Origin: Naegleria gruberi
Lineage: Eukaryota
NCBI GenBank assembly: GCA_000004985.1
Contig: GG738868.1
Direction: 5' to 3' (one strand)
Length of the DNA: 64,000 bases
The stretch's first letter is position 1, and every line of letters begins with the position of its first letter. Under the pieces are notes generated by a model, which saw only the letters and a program-made list of their open reading frames with translations, had not been told where the DNA came from and ran no database searches. The translations under genes were made by a program, and so were the position numbers. Shown in pieces: positions 50,798 through 61,696 of the stretch.

Positions 50798-51733
50798 TTT
50801 TTATGGGGGGATGATATGTCAAGCGAGACGCTTTGAGTTATTTTTTTTTGTAAGTTTTATTTTTGTTTTGCTACTTCCTTTGCGCTTTAGCTTGACTCTT
50901 CTCACAGCTAAAGGCCTTGTTGAAATACACACGCTTTGTATGAACAAAATTCCAGCCTTGTTTTGCTTTTTGATGTTGGCGCCAAAATTTTGTGCCACAA
51001 TACTCAACACCACAACAATAAATTGGATATCCATCTTCATTCTCTGTCTGTAACTACACTCTTTGGAACAAGGACTACTACCAACAAGATGACACAAAGA
51101 TGACAATGATCCATTCGGTTTGTTACGGAAGGTAGGTTATTGTTGATAACAATTATTATTATTTTTACCACCATCACGTTTGTAACCTTTGTCAACTTTA
51201 CAATGACAATTCCGATGTACTTCCATTGTGAAATGCAACATTTAGAAATAACAAGATTCATTCCTGACAATATGAATTAGCAATTCAATTTGGATATTAT
51301 TATGAAAACCTCAACGACTGTGCAGTTGTTGTCATGAACAATGGAATTCATAAACTCGATTTCAACTATAATTATTCATCCTCATCAACTCTCATTATTC
51401 TCTACTAAGTCTATACAGGATGATCCAATTAAGATTGAAGGTGTTGTTCCTCTCTAATATTCAGTCTATCCTTGATATATCGTCCAAATTGATTGAGCAC
51501 AATAAGATTCTCATCAAATATTTTACTCCAAACTTATCTTGATGTTCAATCCTCTATAAGTACTACAACAAAAGCAGCCATCATGATGTGATGCTGCTTG
51601 ATTTTTACCTGGAGAATCATCCTCCGAGTTGTGGCTGGGTAGCTTCAATTCTATCAAAATGAAAATTATTGCGAATATTTTACCTCCATGCTAAGAAGAG
51701 GACGACGGAATCATCAAACCAAATTTAAAAAAA

Positions 51734-53946
51734 AATGTTGGTCAAGAAATCTAGTGGAAGTCTCAGACAATTAAAACTCAATCCGTTGATGAGGAGTTCT
51801 GCATTAATTGTTGGTCAACCATCATCTTTCTTGGATGTACCTGTATATTCTTCTGTGCCAGGTGAGTTTTAATTTTCGGATGATGATGATTTAATTCGGA
51901 ATTTTTCTAGAATCTTTTTATACAAAATTGTTTTTAAAGAGAATGTTCCATACATCTACACTTTTAAAGGCATATAAAGTTAGTCCTTCAAAATTAGCTA
52001 GATTAGAATATGAAGCTCAAACATCAAATGATATGAATAGAAAAGCTGAATATTTACAAGCTTTGTGTGATTTGGAACAATATCAATTGGTAACTCAACT
52101 TGTAGATAATGGAAACTATTCATTGGATCATCCATTGATTAGAACTTCTTACAAAATTGCTTTGGAAAGAATTGGAGGTGTCAATCAATCGGACCTCTCT
52201 AGAACTTCATTGCATCAAACAATTTTCAATCAACAGCCTCAATATCATCAACCACAACAACAACAACAACAACCACAACAATCATATTATCCTCCTCCAG
52301 ATTATCAACAATATTCCAATAATTATCAATCACCTCAACCAGTCCTTCCTCAAAAATTAGTTGTTACTATGGATGATTCCTTCTTCTCCAGATTTAACAA
52401 AGTCAATATGAATAGAGCTATTTGGTCAATGCTTTTTAGTGCATCTATTCTCTTGGTTTTCTTCTATTTAACATTTTACTCTTCCGATCCATCCAAACAA
52501 AAACAAGGTGGAGGTGGAATAGGTTCAATGTTTGGGCAAACTACCTATAAACCAATTACAAATGTTGAAACAAGATTTGATGATGTCAAAGGTATTGATG
52601 AATGTAGAGGCGAATTGGAAGAAATTGTTGATTTTTTGAAAAATCCAGAAAAGTTTAACAAATTGGGTGGTAAACTTCCTAAGGGTGTTCTCCTTGTAGG
52701 TAAACCTGGTGTTGGTAAGACCCTCCTTGCCAAGGCTATTGCTGGTGAAGCTGGAGTTCCTTTCTTCTTCTGTTCAGGATCTGAATTTGACGAAATGTTT
52801 GTCGGTGTTGGTGCTAAACGTATTAGAGAATTGTTTGCTGCAGCAAGAAAGCAAGCACCTTGTATTATCTTTATTGATGAAATTGACTCTCTTGGTGGTA
52901 AAAGAACAGCCAGAGATCCATTCTATTCTAAACAAACACTCAATCAAATCCTTTCGGAAATGGATGGTTTCAAATCAAGTGAAGGAATCATTGTTATCGG
53001 TGCTACTAACTTGTTAGATTCTCTTGATAAGGCTTTAATTAGACCTGGAAGATTTGATAGACATATTGAAGTTCCTCTTCCTGATTTGAAAGGTAGAAAG
53101 GATATTTTGAGTTTGTACTTGAAGAAAGTACCAATTAATCCAGCTGTAAATATTGACACAATTGCCAAAAAGACAACAGGATTTACTGGAGCTGATTTAG
53201 AAAATCTTGTCAATGTTGCATCGATAAGAGCATGTACAAAGAATAAGGAACAAGTTAGTAATGATGATATGGATTATGCCTTCGATAGAATTGTTATGGG
53301 TATTGCAAGAACATCTAGTATTAATTTGATGAATGAAAAGGATAAGGAAATTACTGCTATTCACGAATGTGGACATGCTTTAGTTGTCTTACTCAATCAA
53401 AAGAATCTTACTCATAATAAGGATAATCTTCACAAGATCACTATTATTCCTAGAGGTAGTGCCCTTGGTTTCACAGCATCTTTGCCTGAACGAGAGGTTC
53501 ATCACATGTCTAAACAACAATATCATCAAATTATAGATAAGGCTCTTGGAGGTGTTGTTGCTGAGGAAATTTGTTATGGAAAGGATTATGTCACAAGTGG
53601 TTGTACATCAGATTTACAACATGCTACAAATATTGCCAGAGCTATGGTTACAAGATTTGGTATGAGTGAATTGGGATTAATCGATTTTACTGAAGAATCA
53701 GGTTCTATGTATCAAAAGGGTCCTGAGTTCTCTCCAGAAACCAAGAGATTAATTGATATTGAAATTCAAAAGATTGTCAATGGTTCTTATGAAAGAGTTA
53801 AAAAGATGCTTAAGGAAAATGAACCTCAATTGAGGAAGCTTGCCCACGAGTTGGTCAAGTATGAAACCTTATCAGGAAAGGAAGTTTTAGATATTTTGGA
53901 TGGAAAAGAAGTTACTCGTTCCATTGCTGGTGAAGTTGATTATTAA
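51734..53946 (+). CDS. YME1: Mitochondrial inner-membrane i-AAA protease YME1 (FtsH family) with a predicted presequence. join(51734..51860,51911..53946).
   Basis: The AAA module '[26 protein letters not shown]…[14 protein letters not shown]…[24 protein letters not shown]' and the zinc site '[10 protein letters not shown]' are FtsH/YME1 hallmarks. The 127-nt exon 1 '[42 protein letters not shown]' is basic and hydroxylated and lacks acidic residues. It joins through a 50-nt GTGAGT..TCTAG intron. Confidence 0.85.
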
Positions 53947-54158
53947 GCTCTAATAATAAAATTCTTTTTAATTGATGATAAATAATTCCCAGTTATAAAA
54001 ATAAAAACAATTATAAAGAATTATACATTTAAATTATTTTAATGTTTTCAGATTTTTAGAATTAAATTTACACTCTATTTTAATTGTCGTCATCACTAGG
54101 TGGTTCAACATAATCATTACTAAAATATTTGTCAAGATATTTTGATAATGTAAAATAC

Positions 54159-56196
54159 TTACTTTAAGAAAAATCTTACGTCTCTATCCTTGTCATTATC
54201 TAAAGTTTGTCTAATTGTAACAAAGATTGGAGTTTCTCTAAGTTGTTCATTTGGAAGAATAGCTCTCCTCATAACTTTAGCTAAATTCAATCTGACATTA
54301 GGTATGACATCTTTTGATAATTTTTCTAATTCAGGAGCAAATTCTGACAAAAACAAATTAATATCAATTTCTTGAACCAAATATTCACAAGCAAAAACAA
54401 AGATTAATCTTCTGTGGAATTCACCAGAAGCCAATTCATGAAGGAAACCTGTCAACTCATTTTGACCTTCCTTGCTTTCCTCATCACATAATCTCTTCAT
54501 AATTTTACCACACTAAAATGTTTGAGTAAATTTGTTTGTAAATTAGTTTGTTACTTACAGAAACAATAGAATTCTTTCGGACTACGGCAAAATCATCAGT
54601 GTACAAATCAAAAATAACATTGAGTATAGTATTCTTAACAGTCTCAGGTGAAACTAATTCAGCCAACAAGCCCAATTGTTTGGAAATTTCGCTCTTAATT
54701 CTCCAGTTATCAGTTTGCTCTGGAATGGAACAAATTGTTGATAAATACTTTTGCTTAGTTTCTTCAGAGAAGTGTTTGAAAAGGATTGATAAATTGGCAA
54801 TAACACCAATCTTGACTTCATCTAAATCTTTCAAAAAGAGTTCTAAAGCGTTAGCTAAACAAGTTTCTGTAACTTCCTGAGAAACAAGTTGTGCAACTTC
54901 GTGTAATGAACAAGCCAATGATCTTCTAACCTTCCATTGAACATCCTTAACCAAATGATTGTAGGCATTTTCAACTTGTGACCATTTAGTCTTTCCTATG
55001 ATTTGGGCAACAGCTGGGAAGTTATAAGCACAGTATTCTACCATATCAGTTTCATTTTGATCATTTTGGAATGCCATTTCAGAAAAGTATTGAATAAGTG
55101 TTTCAGGGATAGATGAAGGAACTTCAGGAGTATCAGGTTCAAAAGTAGCAATGAAAGCACCTAATTGCTTATATGCTTCCATTTTAACCCATCTGGAAAC
55201 ATCATCAGCAAATCTTTCAAAAAGTTCAACCAAAGTATTCAATCTAGTTTCTCTATCAACACACTTAGAAATTTCTGGAAGAGATTCAGCACAAGCCTTT
55301 CTAACACCCCATATTTCATCCTTACTTAAAACAAGATAGACTGGAAGTATTTTGGTTACTGTCAATTCTGGTCCAATTTGTTGACAAATTAAACTTAATG
55401 ATTGTGATACAGTTTTTCTAACCAAAAGTGATGGATCATCACTGAGGGAAATAATTTCTTGAACAACAACTTCCTTTACAAGATCAGGTCCAAATTGTGG
55501 TGCCAATTCGTTAAATAATCTAGCTGCTGCAATACGATACTCCTCAACTCTATCATCATGGGCCAAATTTACTATTACGGACAGCAATTGTGGCTCGATG
55601 TGATTTTGTTTTATCAATTTTGAAATTTTTACCAAGGCCTCAGTAGCACTATTTCCAACTTCAGTATTCTTATCAATGATCAATTCAAAAGTATATGGTA
55701 TAAATGTATTGATAAGTTCATTGTATCCTTCCTCTCCTCCATTTTCCAAAAAGAATGTTGCTAATGGATAGAGTTTTTCAGCGAATACTTGTCTGACTAC
55801 AGGTTCTGTGTCTGAAACGAAGTTTTGAAGAAGAGGTAATAAACGTTTCACACTTTCCTTGTACCCTGCTTCAATTGCTGTATCATGAACATCCCTAAGG
55901 AGTACAAGTCTGTTGTATAAATAATAATGATATAATTTGATGATGATGATGATGAAAATAACGTTATTTGTTATACAAATTAATTAGAATTGTATAACAA
56001 TAACAAAATACAAACCTCTGCAGAGAAAAATCAGAATTATAATACTTTTCCAGACGCGAAAGGCTGTCCAAAGTATCATCTATTGTGTATTCATTAAAAA
56101 TAAAATCGTCCTCTATTTAAAAAGTATATTAGTTTTTTGTTCTTCTTTATAAAAGAAAAACTAACCATCAAAAGAATCATCTCCGTTTTCATACAT
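54159..56196 (-). CDS. HEAT-repeat PP2A-A-like scaffold, most likely the protein phosphatase 4 regulatory subunit 1 (PP4R1) orthologue. complement(join(54159..54512,54559..55909,56016..56112,56166..56196)).
   Basis: The HEAT-repeat series ends with the PR65-like 'IPNVRLNLAKVMRRAILP' (compare PP2A-A 'ANVRFNVAKSLQKIGP'). It is too divergent for PP2A-A itself. Four exons: 31-nt exon 1 'MYENGDDSFD', 97-nt exon 2 '…LDSLSRLEKYYNSDFSLQ', then two large exons. The introns of 53, 106 and 46 nt are phase-checked. Confidence 0.6.
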
Positions 56197-56603
56197 CTTC
56201 GCGTCTTGTTATTCTTCCAAGTTGTAGGATAAAAATTTTTGAAGATTATTTTTTTTGTTCGTCTAAAAGCGTTATTCTCTTCAATGAGGGCGCCAAGTCA
56301 AAACTTTTGTAAGCCAAAATAATGGCTATTATTATTGTGAATATCTAACTATTTAATTATTATTGCAAATTATAATAATTTAATTTATTAATGTAATTGT
56401 TGTTATTCGAAAAATCAGCACTGCTGGGTGGAAGAAGTAACAAGTTGTTCGTAATGATGAAGAAACATCATCACCCATTTACAGCACGCGTTGATTCCTT
56501 TCAAGTTAATCGTACATCATCACAATTGAGTAATTAAGTATCAAGTTTCATCATAATACGCAGCTTGTCTCTCTATTCAGAAAATGGTATTTCAAAGTTT
56601 AGT

Positions 56604-57305
56604 TCAATAATCATAACATGATTGTTTCTTCTTTTGACCTTTCATTAGACTTTGAATGAAAATTGAGCTTTCAATTAGTTTATATTCCCATCTTTTGGAT
56701 TTTGATAATGCTTCATGAGATAGTTTCATAACATATTTGCAAAGTATTTTGAATCCAGTAAGGTTTTTTCTACTTTGTTTTGGAGAAACCTCACATAAAT
56801 TCACAACTACGTAATTGTGATTATGTTCACTAACACAAATTAAATCTCTATGCCTAATTATTTCATCAATAAATTCAGGTTTTTCTCCATACTTTACAGT
56901 AAAATTGATTGATTTTTTTTCTTTGGATTGAGTAAGGGGAATGTATTTCAGTAACGAAACGTCATTTTCTAAATACATTGATTTGACAGTTACTCTTGAA
57001 TCAAAATTTCTAATAATTAGTAAATTTGTCTTGAGCTTTTTATCATAGTAGGCTTTCTTAAAAAACTGCTCTGAAATACTTGTGTCAATACTATTACGAT
57101 CAAAAAACTCATCAACACCAATCTTACTATTCTTTCCACTAACTGAAATACATTTATAACACATAAATCTCCAAATATCGTTTCTGATTGCTACATTATA
57201 CCATTGCTTGCAAACTTGACCAACTCGGAGTGATAATTCTTCTGGTGAAAGGAAGAAGAATATTTGCATCAAGGATAGATCATCCAATAAGAGTCGTCTA
57301 ATCAT
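56604..57305 (-). CDS. F-box protein (about 234 aa).
   Basis: 'MIRRLLLDDLSLMQIFFFLSPEELSLRVGQVCKQWYNVAIRNDIWR' is a clear F-box. The true ATG is at 57303-57305 after an A8 run. The track start at 57350 is TTG. Confidence 0.5.
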   Translation of the reverse strand: MIRRLLLDDLSLMQIFFFLSPEELSLRVGQVCKQWYNVAIRNDIWRFMCYKCISVSGKNSKIGVDEFFDRNSIDTSISEQFFKKAYYDKKLKTNLLIIRNFDSRVTVKSMYLENDVSLLKYIPLTQSKEKKSINFTVKYGEKPEFIDEIIRHRDLICVSEHNHNYVVVNLCEVSPKQSRKNLTGFKILCKYVMKLSHEALSKSKRWEYKLIESSIFIQSLMKGQKKKQSCYDY

Positions 57306-57986
57306 TTTTTTTATCAGTTGTATTTTAATATTTAATGGTGAACTTGCCAAATCACCAGATTTGAAATAGATTACAATTGTTAATAATTATTAATGATTAT
57401 GAACATTTCAATAAAAACAAGAATTATAATGTTGTCTTTGACTTTTATATTAATATGGAAGGAATTTTTGCAAATTTGGAAATTTTTTAATAAGGGATTT
57501 TACAAGCATAAAATGTGTTTGGCGCCAATTTCACAACCAATCATCATGATATTTCAATGTTTAATGAATAATAAGAGGAAAATGAGCCCTGATGTTGATG
57601 AATTCTCTCAAAATAAGCTGTCCTCACATTGAATAATTTCCTTGATCTTGTTGGCGCTCAAGTTACAATTTATTCAAAATGAAATTGTTTACGATTATTG
57701 TTTGGCTGCCTTATATCTCCCTCAAACACAATTAAAAAATATTCAACAACGTTTAACCGATACATCAACCGAACAACCGACAAGGCCTTAGATCTACAAC
57801 TACTGCTTTACCTCATCATCATTATCAATAATTTAATATTGTAAAGGCACAATAATAGTAGAATTTCTCTCATATTTAATTGTAGATTATCAACTTAATT
57901 TGTTTGGAATTATCTTATCTTTATTTCCATCAAGTTTTAGGTTTAATAGTAAATAGTATCCAAACAAACACTCTCTTCCGAATAAT

Positions 57987-59438
57987 ATGAACACTACCAA
58001 TTTTTCTTACATCCTCCAAGACCAAAATCAACAGGGGCATACTAGCATAACATTAAATAATGATGTTAGCTACTTGAATCCCTCCACTTTTTCTTCAATG
58101 TTCAATCAGCAAGATTCCTTACAAAACATCCAAACAGAATGCGTCATTAGTAATGGTATTCATGTACAAACATCAAATATGCAAAGGCATAATAACAATA
58201 ACAATAATAATCAAAGAAGCATGAATACAAACGAACAGATTAACAATTCAATACAGGATAACCAATATTTTGGGTTACCTAATAATCAATTTATTGATTA
58301 TTGCTCTAATAAGAATGAGCCATTCTTTATGGCTAAAATACCTACTGCTTACTATGAAAAGTTGACATTCTTTTTCAAACAAATTAACTCTCCTTCCTCA
58401 GAAAACACAAATGCCCTCAAAGTTCCAAAACAAAGTGATGACCTCTCTGATGATTCATCAAATGATAAACGAAGTAATAAGGGTGACTCTGTAATCAAAG
58501 GTTCATGGAGTGAAATTGAGGATGAGAAGCTGTTACAACTTGTAAAGAAGCATGGTCCAAAGAGATGGTCATTTATTGCTTCACATTTAGAAGGAAGAGT
58601 AGGTAAACAATGTAGAGAAAGATACCTCAATCACCTGGATCCAAAGATTAAGAAGAATGCTTGGACAGAAGAGGAAGATTCAATTATTATTGAAATGCAT
58701 GAAAAACATGGAAATCAATGGGCTAAAATCAGTAAATTCCTTGAAGGAAGAACAGCCAATGCCATTAAAAACCATTGGAATTCAACATTGTCCAAAAGAT
58801 TGGATAAAAAGAAGGGTGAAGAACAAGGAGACAAACAACTCTTAGAACAAACACAAATACAAATGCCTCAACAATCAATACCTGTCCAACAAATGGTCTA
58901 TTCATCTGTAGACACTTCGATGTTAAAAGAAGGATTGAGAACAGACTATGCAGACCAAATCCCACTTTCTTGTAAATCAGACTTTGCAGACTTTTTCACT
59001 CCAACCCCACAAGCTGCTGAGAACACAAATAAGAGAACATTCCCTTCAGGAACCATCGAGTCACTGAGTAAAAAGATCAAAACAGAGGAGTTACAATTAG
59101 AGACTGAAGAAACTCTCAATTCATTCGATAGTGGAAAGGAAAAATTCAAAAAGCTGAGACTCAATCTTATAGAGAAGAGTGACGATGTAAATAGTAGCTC
59201 AACAGTGATATGTCACGATTCAGGAACTCCTGGTATATCTGGTGTTTCAGTAATAACAGAACACATGTTACCTTCTGGATTTACACCAAAAGGTTTTGAT
59301 CCCTCTCCGAGTGGTTTGTCTTTATTCTCTCCATCCAATTTTAATGATGGTGCCACTCCTTCCTCAACATCCTTAGGTAATATTTGGATGGATACAGATG
59401 GGTTTTTCTCCTCCCCTAAGAGTACTAAGAATGTTTGA
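57987..59438 (+). CDS. R2R3-type Myb transcription factor (c-Myb-like DNA-binding domain) with an N-rich N-terminus.
   Basis: 'KGSWSEIEDEKLLQLVKKHGPKRWSFIASHLEGRVGKQCRERYLNHLDPKIKKNAWTEEEDSIIIEMHEKHGNQWAKISKFLEGRTANAIKNHWNSTLSKR' has two canonical Myb repeats with the conserved Trp spacing. Confidence 0.8.
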   Translation: MNTTNFSYILQDQNQQGHTSITLNNDVSYLNPSTFSSMFNQQDSLQNIQTECVISNGIHVQTSNMQRHNNNNNNNQRSMNTNEQINNSIQDNQYFGLPNNQFIDYCSNKNEPFFMAKIPTAYYEKLTFFFKQINSPSSENTNALKVPKQSDDLSDDSSNDKRSNKGDSVIKGSWSEIEDEKLLQLVKKHGPKRWSFIASHLEGRVGKQCRERYLNHLDPKIKKNAWTEEEDSIIIEMHEKHGNQWAKISKFLEGRTANAIKNHWNSTLSKRLDKKKGEEQGDKQLLEQTQIQMPQQSIPVQQMVYSSVDTSMLKEGLRTDYADQIPLSCKSDFADFFTPTPQAAENTNKRTFPSGTIESLSKKIKTEELQLETEETLNSFDSGKEKFKKLRLNLIEKSDDVNSSSTVICHDSGTPGISGVSVITEHMLPSGFTPKGFDPSPSGLSLFSPSNFNDGATPSSTSLGNIWMDTDGFFSSPKSTKNV

Positions 59439-59642
59439 ATAAATACATATATTTAAACATTTACTGATGTAATATTTATTGAAGCTTTACTTTAGGTTTC
59501 TTGTCTGAAGTTGTTTTTAACTTTCCTTCCCTTGCTTCCACCATCTCACATCCATAACGCTCTAAAAAATTTTCATTGTAAAACAACAAATAACTGGTTG
59601 TTCTTTAAAAAATTTGTTGAAAAAAAAACTCGCAAATCCAAA

Positions 59643-60098
59643 ATGCCACCAAAGTCCAAGGAGAGAAAGCAAAAGGTTGAACAAGTTTACTACGGTCCAA
59701 GAAAGGGTGAAAACGAACTTGTCTTCGGTGTTGCTCATCTTTATGCTTCATTCAATAACACTTTCGTTCACGTCACTGACTTGTCTGGTCAAGAAACTAT
59801 TGTCAAGGTTACCGGTGGTATGAAGGTCAAGGCTGACAGAGATGAAGCTTCTCCATACGCTGCTATGCTTGCCGCTCAAGACGTTGTCGTCAGATGTAAG
59901 GAATTGGGTATCAATGCTCTCCACATTAAACTCCGTGCTACTGGTGGTGTCCTCACTAAGACTCCTGGTCCAGGTGCTCAATCAGCTTTGAGAGCTTTAG
60001 CTCGTGCTGGTATCAAGATTGGTAGAATTGAAGATGTCACTCCAATTCCTCACGACTCTACTAGAAGAAAGGGTGGTAGACGTGGTCGTAGATTGTAA
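59643..60098 (+). CDS. RPS14: 40S ribosomal protein S14 (uS11).
   Basis: '[102 protein letters not shown]…[43 protein letters not shown]' is essentially invariant eukaryotic S14. Confidence 0.93.
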   Translation: MPPKSKERKQKVEQVYYGPRKGENELVFGVAHLYASFNNTFVHVTDLSGQETIVKVTGGMKVKADRDEASPYAAMLAAQDVVVRCKELGINALHIKLRATGGVLTKTPGPGAQSALRALARAGIKIGRIEDVTPIPHDSTRRKGGRRGRRL

Positions 60099-60492
60099 AT
60101 GGTCTATTTTCATTTTCTCTCAATAAAAAAAATAAATAAATTCTAAAATATTAAATTGTTCTTGTCGTGGATTTTTGGTTCGGTAGATAGGATAACTAGT
60201 AAAATTTACAATATTGAAATTGTTTAATTATTGATCGAATTAATCCTCAATCCTTCTTTAAATTTTTAAGATCAAAATGAGTTTTTAAAGGAAAATTGTT
60301 TTGTTGTTTATTGTTTTGTGATTTGTACAAGGAGGGCCGGCAAAATTGTTTGTTGATTAGAAAAGTGTTTTGAAAATGTATGAATAAACTCTTAGGTTTG
60401 ATGAACTGTCACTCTCTCAGTTAACATCGTATTCTTAGTCGTGTCACACTATACACTTTAAAATTGTGGTAATTGATGATTGAATTGTTCAA

Positions 60493-61696
60493 TTATTGTA
60501 ATTGTTCACAAATCGAAGCCAAAACATCAATAGCAGACTTTGATTCGATTGGTTGATGGAAATAGAAAACACCAGGTTGTTGCCCAGTCATTGGAGAAAA
60601 GGCAAGAGAATAATCAACATCTTCTGTTTCTGAAGTTGTTGGTGAGGATGTTTCAGTTGTATAACCATCAATCTTTGAATAAATTCTAGCCATTGATCCA
60701 GCTACTTTTGGAGACAAGTTTTGCATATTGATTGGGGATGGTGGTTGATTCTTTAGCCTCTTTTTGAATGGCATGGAAGGGGAGTTAGTTGATTGATTTG
60801 GTGATGGAATACTTGTTGTTGGGGATTGAGGAGTTGCGTTGGATGAAATAACTGGAATCTTTTCACTTGGGAAATGTTCAACTACTCTTCTCTTTGGAGT
60901 TGATTCAGTTGTTGATGGACTTGTCACAATTTCTTCTTCTTCTTCATCTGAAGATTGTTTGGACTTCTTTGTCTTTTTACGTTTGTTATTAACTGTACGG
61001 TTTGGATTTTCTTGACATTCGCAACAAGTATAACTACCAGATTCATTATGTGGGTTTTTCATGCACTTTTTATGGATCCATTGATTGCAGTTAGTGCAAA
61101 TGAGCCAGAATTGCTTTTCATTTCTCATATCACTTTCTTTGAAAATTTCTAAACATTCTTTACAATAGTGACCTTTTCTATAATGAAGACCACACTTGTT
61201 ACATAAGAAAACTGTCTTGGCTTTAAAGTTATTCTTTGGACTTGCTTCTTCAATACACCAGCCCTATTATTACATTACTGTAAATGAAAATATTGAAATT
61301 ATTACTTACTTTTCTCCAGAGTGGTGTTTTGGTGGTACCACATTTAAAGTTTGCACATTGCTTAACATTTCCATTGACACTTTGATGAGCGTGGGTAATT
61401 GCTGCTGATGCCTTTTCTTCGTGATGATGTTGAGAAGTTGTTTGAATGAGAACACTATTAGCAGTTGGTACGGGAAGAAGTGGATGTGGATTGATTGTGA
61501 GAGGATTTGGTATTGTAGGAGTAAGAATTGGATTCAATGTTGAGGAGGATTTAATATTGACCAATGAAGGTTGAAGATTAGGTTGCAATGAAAGAGGAGG
61601 AGCAACAACGTTCATCACTGGTGTCATCTTTGGGAATGAATAAGAGAGACCATGAAAACAATCAGGTGGTGGTGGTGGTAATGCACTACTAGACAT
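60493..61696 (-). CDS. Zinc-finger protein with an atypical GATA-like finger (C-x4-C…TPLWRK…LCNKCGL) followed by a PHD-like finger. complement(join(60493..61233,61310..61696)). An alternative acceptor at 61263 gives a 46-nt intron.
   Basis: '…VKQCANFKCGTTKTPLWRK|NNFKAKTVFLCNKCGLHYRK' shows the GATA hallmark T-K-TPLWR…LCNACGL, but with four residues between the first Cys pair. The donor is AAA|GTAAGT in phase 0. Downstream 'YCKECLEIF…WLICTNCNQWIHKKCMKNPHNESGSYTCCEC' is PHD-like. The N-terminus is proline-rich. Confidence 0.55.
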
